Virus record (IMG/VR): IMGVR_UViG_2563366960_000006
Strand: one strand, 5' to 3'
DNA length: 22,262 nt
Source of the DNA: a virus
Taxonomy: Duplodnaviria > Heunggongvirae > Uroviricota > Caudoviricetes
How positions within the stretch are numbered: position 1 is the first letter of the stretch; each line of letters begins with the position of its first letter. The notes below the pieces were generated by a model. That model saw only the letters and a program-made list of their open reading frames with translations, was not told the origin of the DNA and made no database searches. Made by a program: the position numbers and the translations under genes. Below, one piece after another: positions 7,600 through 15,615 of the stretch.

Positions 7600-8310
7600 A
7601 AAACCCGGCACTGAGGCCGGGTTGTTATTGTGCACAGAAAACCCCCAGCTAGGCTGGGGGTTCCGGAAAGCTTTCAGCTTTGAGCCAGTTATTAAAACCC
7701 CTTTTGATTTGTTAAAACACCTTGCGGTCTGGCAACTGCAAGTGTCAAACAAGAAATCAAAAGGGGGTCCCAATGGGGAACGAAAAGAGCTTAGCGCACA
7801 CCCGATGGAACTGTAAATATCACATAGTATTTGCGCCAAAATACCGAAGACAGGTGTTCTACAGAGAGAAGCGTAGAGCAATAGGCTGTATTTTGAGAAA
7901 GCTGTGTGAGTGGAAAAGTGTACGGATTCTGGAAGCTGAATGCTGTGCAGATCATATCCATATGCTTGTGGAGATCCCGCCCAAAATGAGCGTATCAGGC
8001 TTTATGGGATATCTGAAAGGGAAAAGCAGTCTGATGCCTTACGAGCAGTTTGGTGATTTGAAATTCAAATACAGGAACAGGGAGTTCTGGTGCAGAGGGT
8101 ATTACGTCGATACGGTGGGTAAGAACACGGCGAAGATACAGGATTACATAAAGCACCAGCTTGAAGAGGATAAAATGGGAGAGCAGTTATCGATTCCCTA
8201 TCCGGGCAGCCCGTTTACGGGCCGTAAGTAACGAAGTTGGATGCAAATGTCAGATCGTGTGCGCCTGTTAGGGCGCGGCTGGTAAGAGAGCCTTATAGGC
8301 GCATTTGAAA
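7600..8310 (+). mobile_element. IS200-like insertion sequence (IS200/IS605 family); boundaries approximate
   Basis: Contains tnpA (7773-8231). Upstream are a terminator-like hairpin (7602-7623, then T-rich), a 10-bp stem-loop (7640-7662), and a long-range pairing between 7698-7710 and 7754-7766 that would sequester the tnpA SD (AAGGGGG), all as described for the IS200 left end. Exact termini not determined. Confidence 0.75.
7773..8231 (+). CDS. tnpA: IS200 transposase TnpA (Y1/HUH family, 152 aa)
   Basis: MGNEKSLAHTRWNCKYHIVFAPKYRRQVFYREKRRAIGCILRKLCEWKSVRILEAECCADHIHMLVEIPPKMSVSGFMGYLKGKSSL... matches IS200 TnpA (recall). ATG at 7773; the track ORF begins 51 nt earlier. Confidence 0.92.
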   Translation: MGNEKSLAHTRWNCKYHIVFAPKYRRQVFYREKRRAIGCILRKLCEWKSVRILEAECCADHIHMLVEIPPKMSVSGFMGYLKGKSSLMPYEQFGDLKFKYRNREFWCRGYYVDTVGKNTAKIQDYIKHQLEEDKMGEQLSIPYPGSPFTGRK

Positions 8311-8312
8311 AA

Positions 8313-8331
8313 CCTCCGGCTATGCCGGAGG
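8313..8331 (-). terminator. Intrinsic terminator on the minus strand after the cI-cassette operon (t-imm-like)
   Basis: Plus CCTCCGG-CTATG-CCGGAGG at 8313-8331; on the minus strand it is followed by TTTTTCAAAT, 5 nt after the 107-aa gene stop. It may alternatively belong to the IS200 right end. Confidence 0.45.
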
Positions 8332-8335
8332 ATAT

Positions 8336-8659
8336 TTATTTATGGAAAAACACTTCAAGTATTTTTGGGATTGCTGGTATGAGTTGTGAGGATACGACCG
8401 CACCTACAACCCATAGAATTATCGAAGTTTTCGCGTCGCTTACGTCTGATTTGGTTGCATAATTCGAGCGCATGACAGCCAGGTCGGTTTTCATTTGCTG
8501 AACATCTTTTTCGAGTTCTTTCACTCTTTGAAGCACATCATCACCTCCGCCATTGCCGCCACCATGCCGTGAGTATGCATCATCAGTGGGATAGTGTCCA
8601 ATTGGGCGAGATATGTTTTGATTTGGACGAAGTTGAGTAACCTTGTTATCTAAACTCAT
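8336..8659 (-). CDS. Small tail-anchored membrane protein (107 aa), second gene of a cassette replacing rexAB
   Basis: ATG at 8659. Gly-rich N-terminal region (GGGNGGGDD), predicted coiled coil (VLQRVKELEKDVQQMKTDLAVMRSNYATKSDVSDAK), C-terminal hydrophobic helix (SIILWVVGAVVSSQLIPAIPKILEVFF). Architecture resembles XhlA-type or holin-like small membrane proteins (by recall, not searched). Start overlaps the upstream gene by 14 nt. Confidence 0.65.
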   Translation of the reverse strand: MSLDNKVTQLRPNQNISRPIGHYPTDDAYSRHGGGNGGGDDVLQRVKELEKDVQQMKTDLAVMRSNYATKSDVSDAKTSIILWVVGAVVSSQLIPAIPKILEVFFHK

Positions 8660-9083
8660 CGCGAACTGATCCTGTTATCTTCACGTCAAAAAACGAACTT
8701 TTTACATCAATTACTTCGCCTTTCTCAGGATTAACCAGTGATGCTCTAACTTCGAATATCCCAGGCTTGATAATTTTCACCCTTGGGAAGTTAATTCTCA
8801 TAGAAGTTGATACGATGGTTTCTCCATCGTTGGCTTCTGCTACCGTAAAAAACTTATGGTTGGAGTACAGTTTTGTGTCAATTGGTATCGGTATTTCTTG
8901 AGCATTGAAAACCTCAATGCCTATGGAATATTTTTTTGTAGCCTTAAGGCCGATAAAAAAAGCGCCAAATGACAGATCCACTTCATGGGAGTCTTTATCC
9001 ATTTCATAGATAAGAACTGGAGTTACGGGGTTGCCTTCATCCATCGCAATCGGAATGATATAAGAAATACGTTCTTTAATCAT
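8646..9083 (-). CDS. Hypothetical soluble protein (145 aa), first gene of a cassette replacing rexAB
   Basis: ATG at 9083 lies 7 nt after the cI stop codon (9091-9093), same strand, no intervening terminator, so it should be co-transcribed with cI. No recognisable motif; low-GC composition. Confidence 0.65.
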   Translation of the reverse strand: MIKERISYIIPIAMDEGNPVTPVLIYEMDKDSHEVDLSFGAFFIGLKATKKYSIGIEVFNAQEIPIPIDTKLYSNHKFFTVAEANDGETIVSTSMRINFPRVKIIKPGIFEVRASLVNPEKGEVIDVKSSFFDVKITGSVRDEFR

Positions 9084-9090
9084 TTACGTG

Positions 9091-9807
<717 letters not shown>

Positions 9808-9814
9808 TTAAATC

Positions 9815-9880
9815 TATCACCGCAAGGGATAAATATCTAACACCGTGCGTGTTGACTATTTTACCTCTAGCGGTGATAAT
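9815..9880. promoter_or_regulatory. OR3-OR2-OR1 operators with divergent pRM and pR promoters
   Basis: OR3 TATCACCGCAAGGGATA (9815-9831), OR2 TAACACCGTGCGTGTTG (9838-9854), OR1 TACCTCTAGCGGTGATA (9862-9878); pR -35 TTGACT (9852-9857), -10 GATAAT (9875-9880). OR3 and OR2 match lambda; OR1 differs by one base. Confidence 0.9.
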
Positions 9881-9904
9881 GATTGCATGTACTAAGGAGG
9901 TTGT

Positions 9905-10105
9905 ATGGAACAACGCATAACCCTGAAAGATTATGCAATGCGCTTTGGTCAAACCAAGACGGCTAAAGATCTCGGCGTATATCAAAGCGCGATCAACAAG
10001 GCCATTCATGCAGGCCGAAATATTTTTTTAACTATAAACGCTGATGGAAGCGTTTATGCGGAAGAAATAAAGCCCTTCCCAAGCAACAAAAAAACAACTG
10101 CATAA
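9905..10105 (+). CDS. cro: Lambda Cro (66 aa)
   Basis: [66 protein letters not shown] matches lambda Cro apart from about two residues (recall). Confidence 0.95.
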   Translation: MEQRITLKDYAMRFGQTKTAKDLGVYQSAINKAIHAGRNIFLTINADGSVYAEEIKPFPSNKKTTA

Positions 10106-10112
10106 GTAACAC

Positions 10113-10157
10113 CGCTCTTTAACAGTCATGGTCCTCATTCCCGCCGAAATGCGGGAA
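10113..10157 (+). promoter_or_regulatory. nutR (boxA + boxB)
   Basis: boxA CGCTCTTTAACA (10113-10124) and boxB hairpin TCCCGC-CGAAAT-GCGGGA (10139-10157), the same boxB as in nutL. Confidence 0.65.
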
Positions 10158-10163
10158 TACAAC

Positions 10164-10200
10164 GCGCATAAGTTGATGCGCATAACTTCTTATTTGTAAG
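10164..10200 (+). terminator. Candidate tR1-position terminator
   Basis: Hairpin GCGCAT-AAGTTG-ATGCGC (10164-10181) followed by a T-rich stretch (ATAACTTCTTATTTG). Weak; lambda tR1 is Rho-dependent. Confidence 0.25.
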
Positions 10201-10213
10201 GAAATACTTACAT

Positions 10214-10507
10214 ATGGTTCGTGCAAACAAACGCAACGAGGCTCTACGAATCGAGAGTGCGTTGCTTAACAAAATCGCAATGCTTGGAACTGAGAAGACT
10301 GCGGAAGCTGTGGGAGTTGATAAGTCGCAGATCAGCAGGTGGAAGAGGGACTGGATTCCAAAGTTCTCAATGCTGCTTGCTGTTCTTGAATGGGGTGTCG
10401 TTGACGACGACATGGCCCGATTGGCACGACAAGTTGCTTCGATTCTCACCAATAAAAAACGCCCGGCGGCAACCGAGCGTTCTGATCAAATACAAATGGA
10501 ATTTTAA
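10214..10507 (+). CDS. cII: Lambda CII transcriptional activator (97 aa)
   Basis: MVRANKRNEALRIESALLNKIAMLGTEKTAEAVGVDKSQISRWKRDWIPKFSMLLAVLEWGVVDDDMARLARQVASILTNKKRPAATERSDQIQMEF matches lambda CII. Confidence 0.93.
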   Translation: MVRANKRNEALRIESALLNKIAMLGTEKTAEAVGVDKSQISRWKRDWIPKFSMLLAVLEWGVVDDDMARLARQVASILTNKKRPAATERSDQIQMEF

Positions 10508-10529
10508 CAACATCCAACGAGGTAATTAT

Positions 10530-10802
10530 ATGCGAAACAAAGGCTTTAATCCACCTGATACACACAAAGAAGCTAAGCGTTTGCGCTTCCTTCGTTCCAT
10601 TGATGAAAGAACTCAAATCTCTTTTGTGAAAGTTGCCAGAACTGAGCTTCTGAAGGCTGAGGCGAGGGCGTTGCTCCCGTCTCTACCAAAAGAGGAGGGA
10701 TATACGTTCATTCCAAACGCATTTCTGGAAAAGCTTCTCAAAGAAGACATATCCGTAAGTCAGTTTAACGATGTTCTTAAGGTCTTTCGTCAAGGCAGGT
10801 AG
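10530..10802 (+). CDS. Hypothetical protein (90 aa) between cII and the replication initiator
   Basis: ATG at 10530 with GAGG SD, in frame with the longer track ORF that overlaps cII. Basic N-terminus; no lambda counterpart at this position that I know of. Confidence 0.45.
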   Translation: MRNKGFNPPDTHKEAKRLRFLRSIDERTQISFVKVARTELLKAEARALLPSLPKEEGYTFIPNAFLEKLLKEDISVSQFNDVLKVFRQGR

Positions 10803-10804
10803 TT

Positions 10805-11752
10805 ATGAGCAATACAGCAAAAATCTACGATTTCAGCGCCGCACACGAGCGCAGGAGCAACAGGATGGAGAACCAGAAAACTGGTTACATTCCGTTGTAC
10901 CGGAGCATTCTGAAACAGTCATGGGCGAAAGATGTTTATCTTCGCACCCTGTGGGAAAACCTTCTCCTGAATGCCGCCAGAAAGCCATACAAAGCGAATT
11001 TCAAAGGTCATGAATGGCATCTGCAACCCGGTCAACTGGTTGTGACAGCAGCTGATTTAGGTCTTCAGTTATGCGACAGACATGGCAAGCCAGCAAGCCG
11101 TGATCAGGTTGAGCGGATGCTTCAGGTTTTTGTGAAAGAGGGGATGATCACCATTGATGGAGAGAAGCAAAAAGGTCGTGTGATTACCATAACAAATTAC
11201 CATGAATATGCTCAAAAAATGGACGACTCACCCGCACATGAAGCCGCACAAACAACCGCACATGATGCCGCACATGATGAAGCAAGTAATGGCGCGGCTT
11301 TCAGCGTACATGCCGCACATGAAAGCGCACATGAAGCCGCACAAACAACCGCACATCATGAACAAGAAGGTATTAACAAGAATATAAATAATACCCCCCT
11401 ACCCCCCAATGGGGGAGGCGATGGGCAGGTTAAACCTGAACGTCGCAAGGCAGAACGAATCGACTACGAATCCTTCCTGAACGCCTACAACACCGAAGTC
11501 GGTGACAGACTTCCACACGCTGTTGCGGTCAACGAGAAACGAAAACGCCGCCTGAAGAAAATCATTCCGCAACTGAAAACGCCAAACGTGGACGGTTTCA
11601 GAGCGTATGTCAGGGCGTTTGTGCATCAGGCCAAGCCGTTTTACTTCGGAGACAACGACACTGGCTGGACGGCAGATTTTGATTACCTGCTGAGGGAAGA
11701 TTCGTTAACGGGAGTACGGGAAGGGAAGTTTGCAGACAGGGGGATTGCATGA
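10805..11752 (+). CDS. O: O-like replication initiator (315 aa) with origin iterons inside the coding sequence
   Basis: Position after cII; N-terminus MSNTAKI... resembles lambda O MTNTAKI...; the central region is encoded by tandem 12-bp repeats followed by an AT-rich tract, the typical lambdoid O/ori arrangement; ATGA overlap with the helicase gene. Confidence 0.8.
   Translation: MSNTAKIYDFSAAHERRSNRMENQKTGYIPLYRSILKQSWAKDVYLRTLWENLLLNAARKPYKANFKGHEWHLQPGQLVVTAADLGLQLCDRHGKPASRDQVERMLQVFVKEGMITIDGEKQKGRVITITNYHEYAQKMDDSPAHEAAQTTAHDAAHDEASNGAAFSVHAAHESAHEAAQTTAHHEQEGINKNINNTPLPPNGGGDGQVKPERRKAERIDYESFLNAYNTEVGDRLPHAVAVNEKRKRRLKKIIPQLKTPNVDGFRAYVRAFVHQAKPFYFGDNDTGWTADFDYLLREDSLTGVREGKFADRGIA
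11233..11396 (+). repeat. Putative replication origin: eight 12-bp iterons in two blocks, plus AT-rich tract
   Basis: Units CCGCACATGAAG / CCGCACAAACAA / CCGCACATGATG x2 (11233-11280), a 33-bp spacer, then CCGCACATGAAA / GCGCACATGAAG / CCGCACAAACAA / CCGCACATCATG (11314-11361), followed by AT-rich 11362-11396. They encode the [16 protein letters not shown]-type repeat within O. Confidence 0.6.
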
Positions 11753-13125
11753 GACAGGATATCGAAGCGAGCGTTATCGGTGGCCTGCTGATTGGTGGAT
11801 TAACGCCAACCGCCAGCGACGTTCTGGCAACGCTTGAGCCGGAAGCGTTTTCAATTCCGCTCTACCGGAAAGCCTTCGAGGTTATCCGTAAGCAGGCGAG
11901 AAACAGAAACCTAATCGACGCGCTGATGGTTGCCGAGGCGTGCGGAGAGGAGCATTTCACGTCAATCCTGATGACCAGCAAAAACTGCCCGAGTGCCGCA
12001 AACCTGAAGGGATATGCCGGAATGGTCGCGGATAACTATCACCGCCGCCTGGTGCTGGAAATCATGGATGAAATGCGTGAACCAATTCAGAACGGAACCA
12101 TCGATACATCGAGTCAGGCGATGGACGAGCTCGTAAAGCGTCTTTCAGCTATCAGAAAACCCCGTGACGAGGTTAAACCTGTACGGTTAGGGGAAATCAT
12201 TACTGACTACACTGACACGCTTGACAGGCGTCTGAGGAACGGAGAAGAGTCAGATACCCTGAAGACCGGAATCGAAGAACTTGATGCTATCACCGGAGGG
12301 ATGAACGCGGAAGACCTGGTGATAATCGCTGCTCGTCCTGGTATGGGGAAAACCGAACTGGCGCTGAAGATTGCCGAAGGTGTGGCAAGCCGCGTTATTC
12401 CTGGTTCTGACGTCCGGCGCGGGGTATTGATTTTCTCAATGGAAATGAGCGCATTGCAGATTGCAGAGCGAAGCATTGCCAACGCCGGGAGGATGTCGGT
12501 TAGCGTACTGCGAAATCCTGCATCGATGGATGACGAAGGCTGGGCGCGTGTTGCTAACGGCATGAGTCAGCTTGCAGATTTGGATGTATGGGTAGTCGAT
12601 GCCTCGCGGTTATCGGTCGAAGAAATACGCTCAATCGCAGAACGGCACAAACAGGAAAATCCAAACCTGTCACTCATCATGGCGGATTATCTTGGCCTGA
12701 TTGAGAAGCCGAAAGCAGACCGCAACGACCTCGCAATTGCTCACATCTCAGGAAGCCTGAAGGCGATGGCGAAAGACCTGAAAACGCCAGTTATCTCCCT
12801 GAGTCAGCTTTCGCGCGATGTTGAGAAGCGACCAAACAAACGCCCGACAAACGCAGATTTGCGTGATTCAGGAAGCATTGAGCAGGACGCAGACTCAATC
12901 ATCATGCTCTATCGGGAAGCGGTATATGACGAGAACAGTAGCGCCGCGCCATTTGCTGAAATCATCGTGACGAAAAACCGTTTTGGCTCGCTTGGTACGG
13001 TTTACCAGCGGTTCTGTAACGGACACTTTGTTGCATGTGACCAGGATGAAGCCAGACAGATTTGCACAGCATCAAATGCACCTGCTGCGCGTGGCAGACG
13101 ATATGCACAAGGGGCTGACGTATGA
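11749..13125 (+). CDS. DnaB-like replicative helicase (458 aa), P22 gene 12-type
   Basis: Walker A motif ARPGMGKT, DnaB-family organisation with a C-terminal RecA-like domain (motifs such as [16 protein letters not shown]). Occupies the position of lambda P. Confidence 0.88.
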   Translation: MRQDIEASVIGGLLIGGLTPTASDVLATLEPEAFSIPLYRKAFEVIRKQARNRNLIDALMVAEACGEEHFTSILMTSKNCPSAANLKGYAGMVADNYHRRLVLEIMDEMREPIQNGTIDTSSQAMDELVKRLSAIRKPRDEVKPVRLGEIITDYTDTLDRRLRNGEESDTLKTGIEELDAITGGMNAEDLVIIAARPGMGKTELALKIAEGVASRVIPGSDVRRGVLIFSMEMSALQIAERSIANAGRMSVSVLRNPASMDDEGWARVANGMSQLADLDVWVVDASRLSVEEIRSIAERHKQENPNLSLIMADYLGLIEKPKADRNDLAIAHISGSLKAMAKDLKTPVISLSQLSRDVEKRPNKRPTNADLRDSGSIEQDADSIIMLYREAVYDENSSAAPFAEIIVTKNRFGSLGTVYQRFCNGHFVACDQDEARQICTASNAPAARGRRYAQGADV

Positions 13126-13150
13126 CCATCTACATCACTGAGCTAATAAC

Positions 13151-13183
13151 AGGCCTGCTGGTAATCGCAGGCCTTTTTATTTG
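13151..13183 (+). terminator. Intrinsic terminator after the replication genes (tR2 position)
   Basis: AGGCCTGC-TGGTAATC-GCAGGCCT (13151-13174) followed by TTTTTATTTG. Confidence 0.5.
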
Positions 13184-13198
13184 GGGGAGAGGGAAGTC

Positions 13199-13381
13199 AT
13201 GAATCTGGACGAGCAAGATGCACAAACTATTAGCTCATACATAAGGGCATCAAGACCAGATTACAAAGGTCCGGTGTTCGTAGATTTATCTCGCCTTGAA
13301 GAGATTTACATGTGGGAAGCAAGGCTACTTACGCATCTTTTTATTCGCAAGATGACTATCAACATTACAAAACCAATGTAA
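13199..13381 (+). CDS. Hypothetical nin-region protein (60 aa)
   Basis: ATG at 13199 with GGAG-type SD just after the terminator; the track ORF starts at 13181 inside the terminator T-run. Confidence 0.4.
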   Translation: MNLDEQDAQTISSYIRASRPDYKGPVFVDLSRLEEIYMWEARLLTHLFIRKMTINITKPM

Positions 13382-13395
13382 CTGAAGAGGTGAAT

Positions 13396-13611
13396 ATGAG
13401 CACACTCGCAGACCTTATTCATGCCGATATGTCGGAAGATGGAGCAAGGCGTAATAGGTACTGGAAATCATCAAGCCTTCCAGTTTGTGAAAGATTCAAC
13501 CACAGGCCAAAACCAAAACGTAGCCGGCGAGACAAAGTGTTGAAAAAACTCATGCAAATTAACATGGCTGGTTTTGTCAGATTCGTGAGTGAAACGACTA
13601 ACGGGGATTGA
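13396..13611 (+). CDS. Hypothetical nin-region protein (71 aa)
   Basis: ATG at 13396 preceded by GAGG; basic C-terminal region (RPKPKRSRRDKVLKK). Confidence 0.4.
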   Translation: MSTLADLIHADMSEDGARRNRYWKSSSLPVCERFNHRPKPKRSRRDKVLKKLMQINMAGFVRFVSETTNGD

Positions 13612-13612
13612 T

Positions 13613-13900
13613 ATGGACGAATCAAGAAAGCAGTTTGAAGAATGGTTTGAAAATTACACCGGATGTGATCCCAAAAATAAAATATACGCCAATATGGTTG
13701 AGATGTATTGGCAAGCGTGGCAGGCATCGCGAGCAGCTATTGAACTGGATATCGACTGGCCCGAATCGAATGACGACTTTTGGAAAGATGGTGAAGAAGG
13801 TGCTTATGCGATGGGTTATGAGGATGGGAGAGACAAAACGGTAATTGCAGTAATGAAAGCTATCAGAGCCGCTAGAATTAAAGAGAAGAATTTTCGATGA
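13613..13900 (+). CDS. Hypothetical nin-region protein (95 aa)
   Basis: ATG at 13613, 1 nt after the previous stop; acidic, Trp-rich; ATGA overlap with the following ninB. Confidence 0.45.
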   Translation: MDESRKQFEEWFENYTGCDPKNKIYANMVEMYWQAWQASRAAIELDIDWPESNDDFWKDGEEGAYAMGYEDGRDKTVIAVMKAIRAARIKEKNFR

Positions 13901-14307
13901 AGCAAACAATCTTCCTCCGTGGTAAACAACAACAGCAAGCCGCAATCAACGCCATCCTCGCAACACCACTCGATAAAGACAAGCCAGTTACCATCCGCAT
14001 TACTGACTACAAGCGCAACCTTGACCAGAACGCAAAATTTCACGCGATGGTCGCAGATATCGCTAGGCAAGTTCAGTGGCGCGATAAATGGTTAAAACCG
14101 GAACAATGGAAGGTTTTGTTGATCAGCGGTCATGCAGTGGCAACAAAACAGGAAGCTGATGTTTTGCCCGGGCTTGAAGGCGAATACGTCAACATTCGCG
14201 AAAGCAGCGCGCAGATGAGTGTGAAGCGTATGGCAAGTCTGATTGAGTACACGACAGCATGGGCTATTGGTCAGGGTGTCAGATTTACCGACAGGAGGTA
14301 CGAATGA
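13897..14307 (+). CDS. ninB: NinB-like recombination protein (136 aa)
   Basis: Length, position and several conserved stretches (e.g. [20 protein letters not shown] vs lambda NinB LDQNRKLWACLGDVSRQVEW) indicate NinB/Orf family (recall). Confidence 0.75.
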   Translation: MKQTIFLRGKQQQQAAINAILATPLDKDKPVTIRITDYKRNLDQNAKFHAMVADIARQVQWRDKWLKPEQWKVLLISGHAVATKQEADVLPGLEGEYVNIRESSAQMSVKRMASLIEYTTAWAIGQGVRFTDRRYE

Positions 14308-14480
14308 GACGACAGCGACGAAGTTTCACCGACATCATCTGCGAAAACTGCAAATACCTTCCAACGAAACGCTCCAGAAATAAACGCAAGCCAATCCCAA
14401 AAGAATCTGACGTAAAAACCTTCAATTACACAGCCCACCTGTGGGATATCCGGTGGCTAAGATATCGTGCGAGGAAATGA
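14304..14480 (+). CDS. ninE: NinE-like protein (58 aa)
   Basis: ATG at 14304 overlapping the ninB stop; [58 protein letters not shown] resembles lambda/DLP12 NinE (recall). Confidence 0.7.
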   Translation: MRRQRRSFTDIICENCKYLPTKRSRNKRKPIPKESDVKTFNYTAHLWDIRWLRYRARK

Positions 14481-14824
14481 CAATGGATTATTCACAGTTA
14501 AGTGATTTTGAAATTAACAGAATGGTAGGAGACATAATTTTTAAAGGCCTTTGGGCAAGTAAACCGGAAACATCAGGGAATAACACCAACAAATGGTATT
14601 ACGGAAATGCTGATACAACTTTTGAGCCATTAAATCATTTGCCTGACTACTGCAATGATCCGAGCGCTTCATGGCCGATTATTGAGAAATACAGGATTTC
14701 TATCTTAGACCAGTTAACTGAATGGTGTGTGGATGCAAAAGGCGTAAGCCCAATATTTGATACCAGACCTCTCCGCGCCGCCATGATTGTCTTTCTCCTG
14801 ATGCAGGAGGCCAATAATGCTTAG
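14477..14824 (+). CDS. Hypothetical nin-region protein (115 aa)
   Basis: ATG at 14477 overlapping the ninE stop (ATGA); SD GAGGAA. Confidence 0.5.
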   Translation: MTMDYSQLSDFEINRMVGDIIFKGLWASKPETSGNNTNKWYYGNADTTFEPLNHLPDYCNDPSASWPIIEKYRISILDQLTEWCVDAKGVSPIFDTRPLRAAMIVFLLMQEANNA

Positions 14825-15011
14825 CCCATCTCAATCCCTTCAATACCTGAAAGAAAGCATAGAGCGGGCTTCAATGTGCACAGAGTGGATTCTATCTAGG
14901 TTTAGCGCATACAGAAGATTGCCGGTAAAGGGCATGCCAAGCAAGTCGATGCTGCATATGCAAAAGAATGCGCGCTGGAAGGTATGGCGAGAACACAGGT
15001 TATGTGGCTGA
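14817..15011 (+). CDS. Hypothetical nin-region protein (64 aa; N-terminus reminiscent of NinF)
   Basis: ATG at 14817; begins [10 protein letters not shown]..., which I recall as the start of lambda NinF, but the remainder does not look like a zinc-finger NinF. Confidence 0.35.
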   Translation: MLSPSQSLQYLKESIERASMCTEWILSRFSAYRRLPVKGMPSKSMLHMQKNARWKVWREHRLCG

Positions 15012-15030
15012 AAGAGGGGGTTATTAAGGC

Positions 15031-15393
15031 GTGAATACCTACAGCATCACATTACCCTGGCCTCCGAGCAATAATCGCTATTACCGCCATAATCGCGGGC
15101 GCACGCACGTCAGCGCAGAGGGGCAGGCATACCGCGATAACGTCGCCCGAATCATTAAAAACGCAATGCTGGATATCGGCCTGGCTATGCCTGTGAAAAT
15201 CCGCATTGAGTGCCACATGCCGGATCGCCGTCGCCGTGACCTGGATAATCTGCAAAAAGCCGCTTTTGACGCACTCACTAAAGCAGGTTTCTGGCTGGAT
15301 GATGCTCAGGTCGTTGATTACCGCGTTGTGAAGATGCCTGTTACCAAAGGTGGGAGGCTGGAACTGACCATCACCGAAATGGGGAATGAATGA
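15031..15393 (+). CDS. rusA: RusA Holliday-junction resolvase (120 aa)
   Basis: [103 protein letters not shown]... matches E. coli DLP12 RusA (recall); GTG start at 15031. Confidence 0.92.
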   Translation: MNTYSITLPWPPSNNRYYRHNRGRTHVSAEGQAYRDNVARIIKNAMLDIGLAMPVKIRIECHMPDRRRRDLDNLQKAAFDALTKAGFWLDDAQVVDYRVVKMPVTKGGRLELTITEMGNE

Positions 15394-15530
15394 TGTTTGA
15401 GTTTAATATGGCAGAACTTCTTCGCCACCGCTGGGGGCGTCTGCGCTTATATCGTTTCCTCGGTTCTGTTTTGACCGATTACCGAATACTGAAGAATTAC
15501 GCCAAAACCCTGACAGGAACAGGAGTATGA
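15390..15530 (+). CDS. ylcG: YlcG-like small protein (46 aa)
   Basis: Not in track (under 60 aa). Hand translation from ATG at 15390 (overlapping the rusA stop) gives [46 protein letters not shown], stop at 15528-15530; same position as ylcG in DLP12. Confidence 0.6.
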   Translation: MMFEFNMAELLRHRWGRLRLYRFLGSVLTDYRILKNYAKTLTGTGV

Positions 15531-15615
15531 AGTCAGAGATAACAATCAACTAATACTGTTTTGTTGATTTTTGCTTGTAATTGGCGTTCTGGTCTGATTT
15601 TTGTGGAGTAAGTTG

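Noticed and set aside
7546-7881. ORFs 7546-7881 (-) and 7559-7816 (+) across the IS200 left end
   Set aside because: They span the structured non-coding left end of IS200 (terminator hairpin and SD-sequestering stem) and overlap the tnpA start; no coding features.
10135-10452. Minus-strand ORF 10135-10452 opposite cII and nutR
   Set aside because: Antisense to cII and spans nutR/tR1; no support.
10771-11013. Plus-strand ORF 10771-11013 overlapping the O gene start
   Set aside because: Alternative frame of the O-like gene; the O frame has the SD-ATG and family features.
11202-11626. ORFs 11202-11387 (+, [22 protein letters not shown]...) and 11399-11626 (-)
   Set aside because: Low-complexity translations generated by the iteron repeats in the wrong frame or strand of the O-like gene.
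12207-12563. Minus-strand ORF inside the helicase gene
   Set aside because: Antisense shadow ORF with Ser/Pro/Ala-rich low-complexity translation.
13122-13202. 26-aa ORF ([26 protein letters not shown]) overlapping the helicase stop
   Set aside because: Its coding sequence is the terminator hairpin and T-run itself; more likely an RNA structure than a peptide.
13419-14070. Minus-strand ORFs 13419-13727, 13622-13945, 13816-14070 and plus-strand 13608-13844 in the nin region
   Set aside because: They overlap the co-directional, translationally coupled plus-strand nin genes; no SD or features.
15052-15278. Minus-strand ORFs inside rusA
   Set aside because: Antisense to a confidently identified rusA gene.
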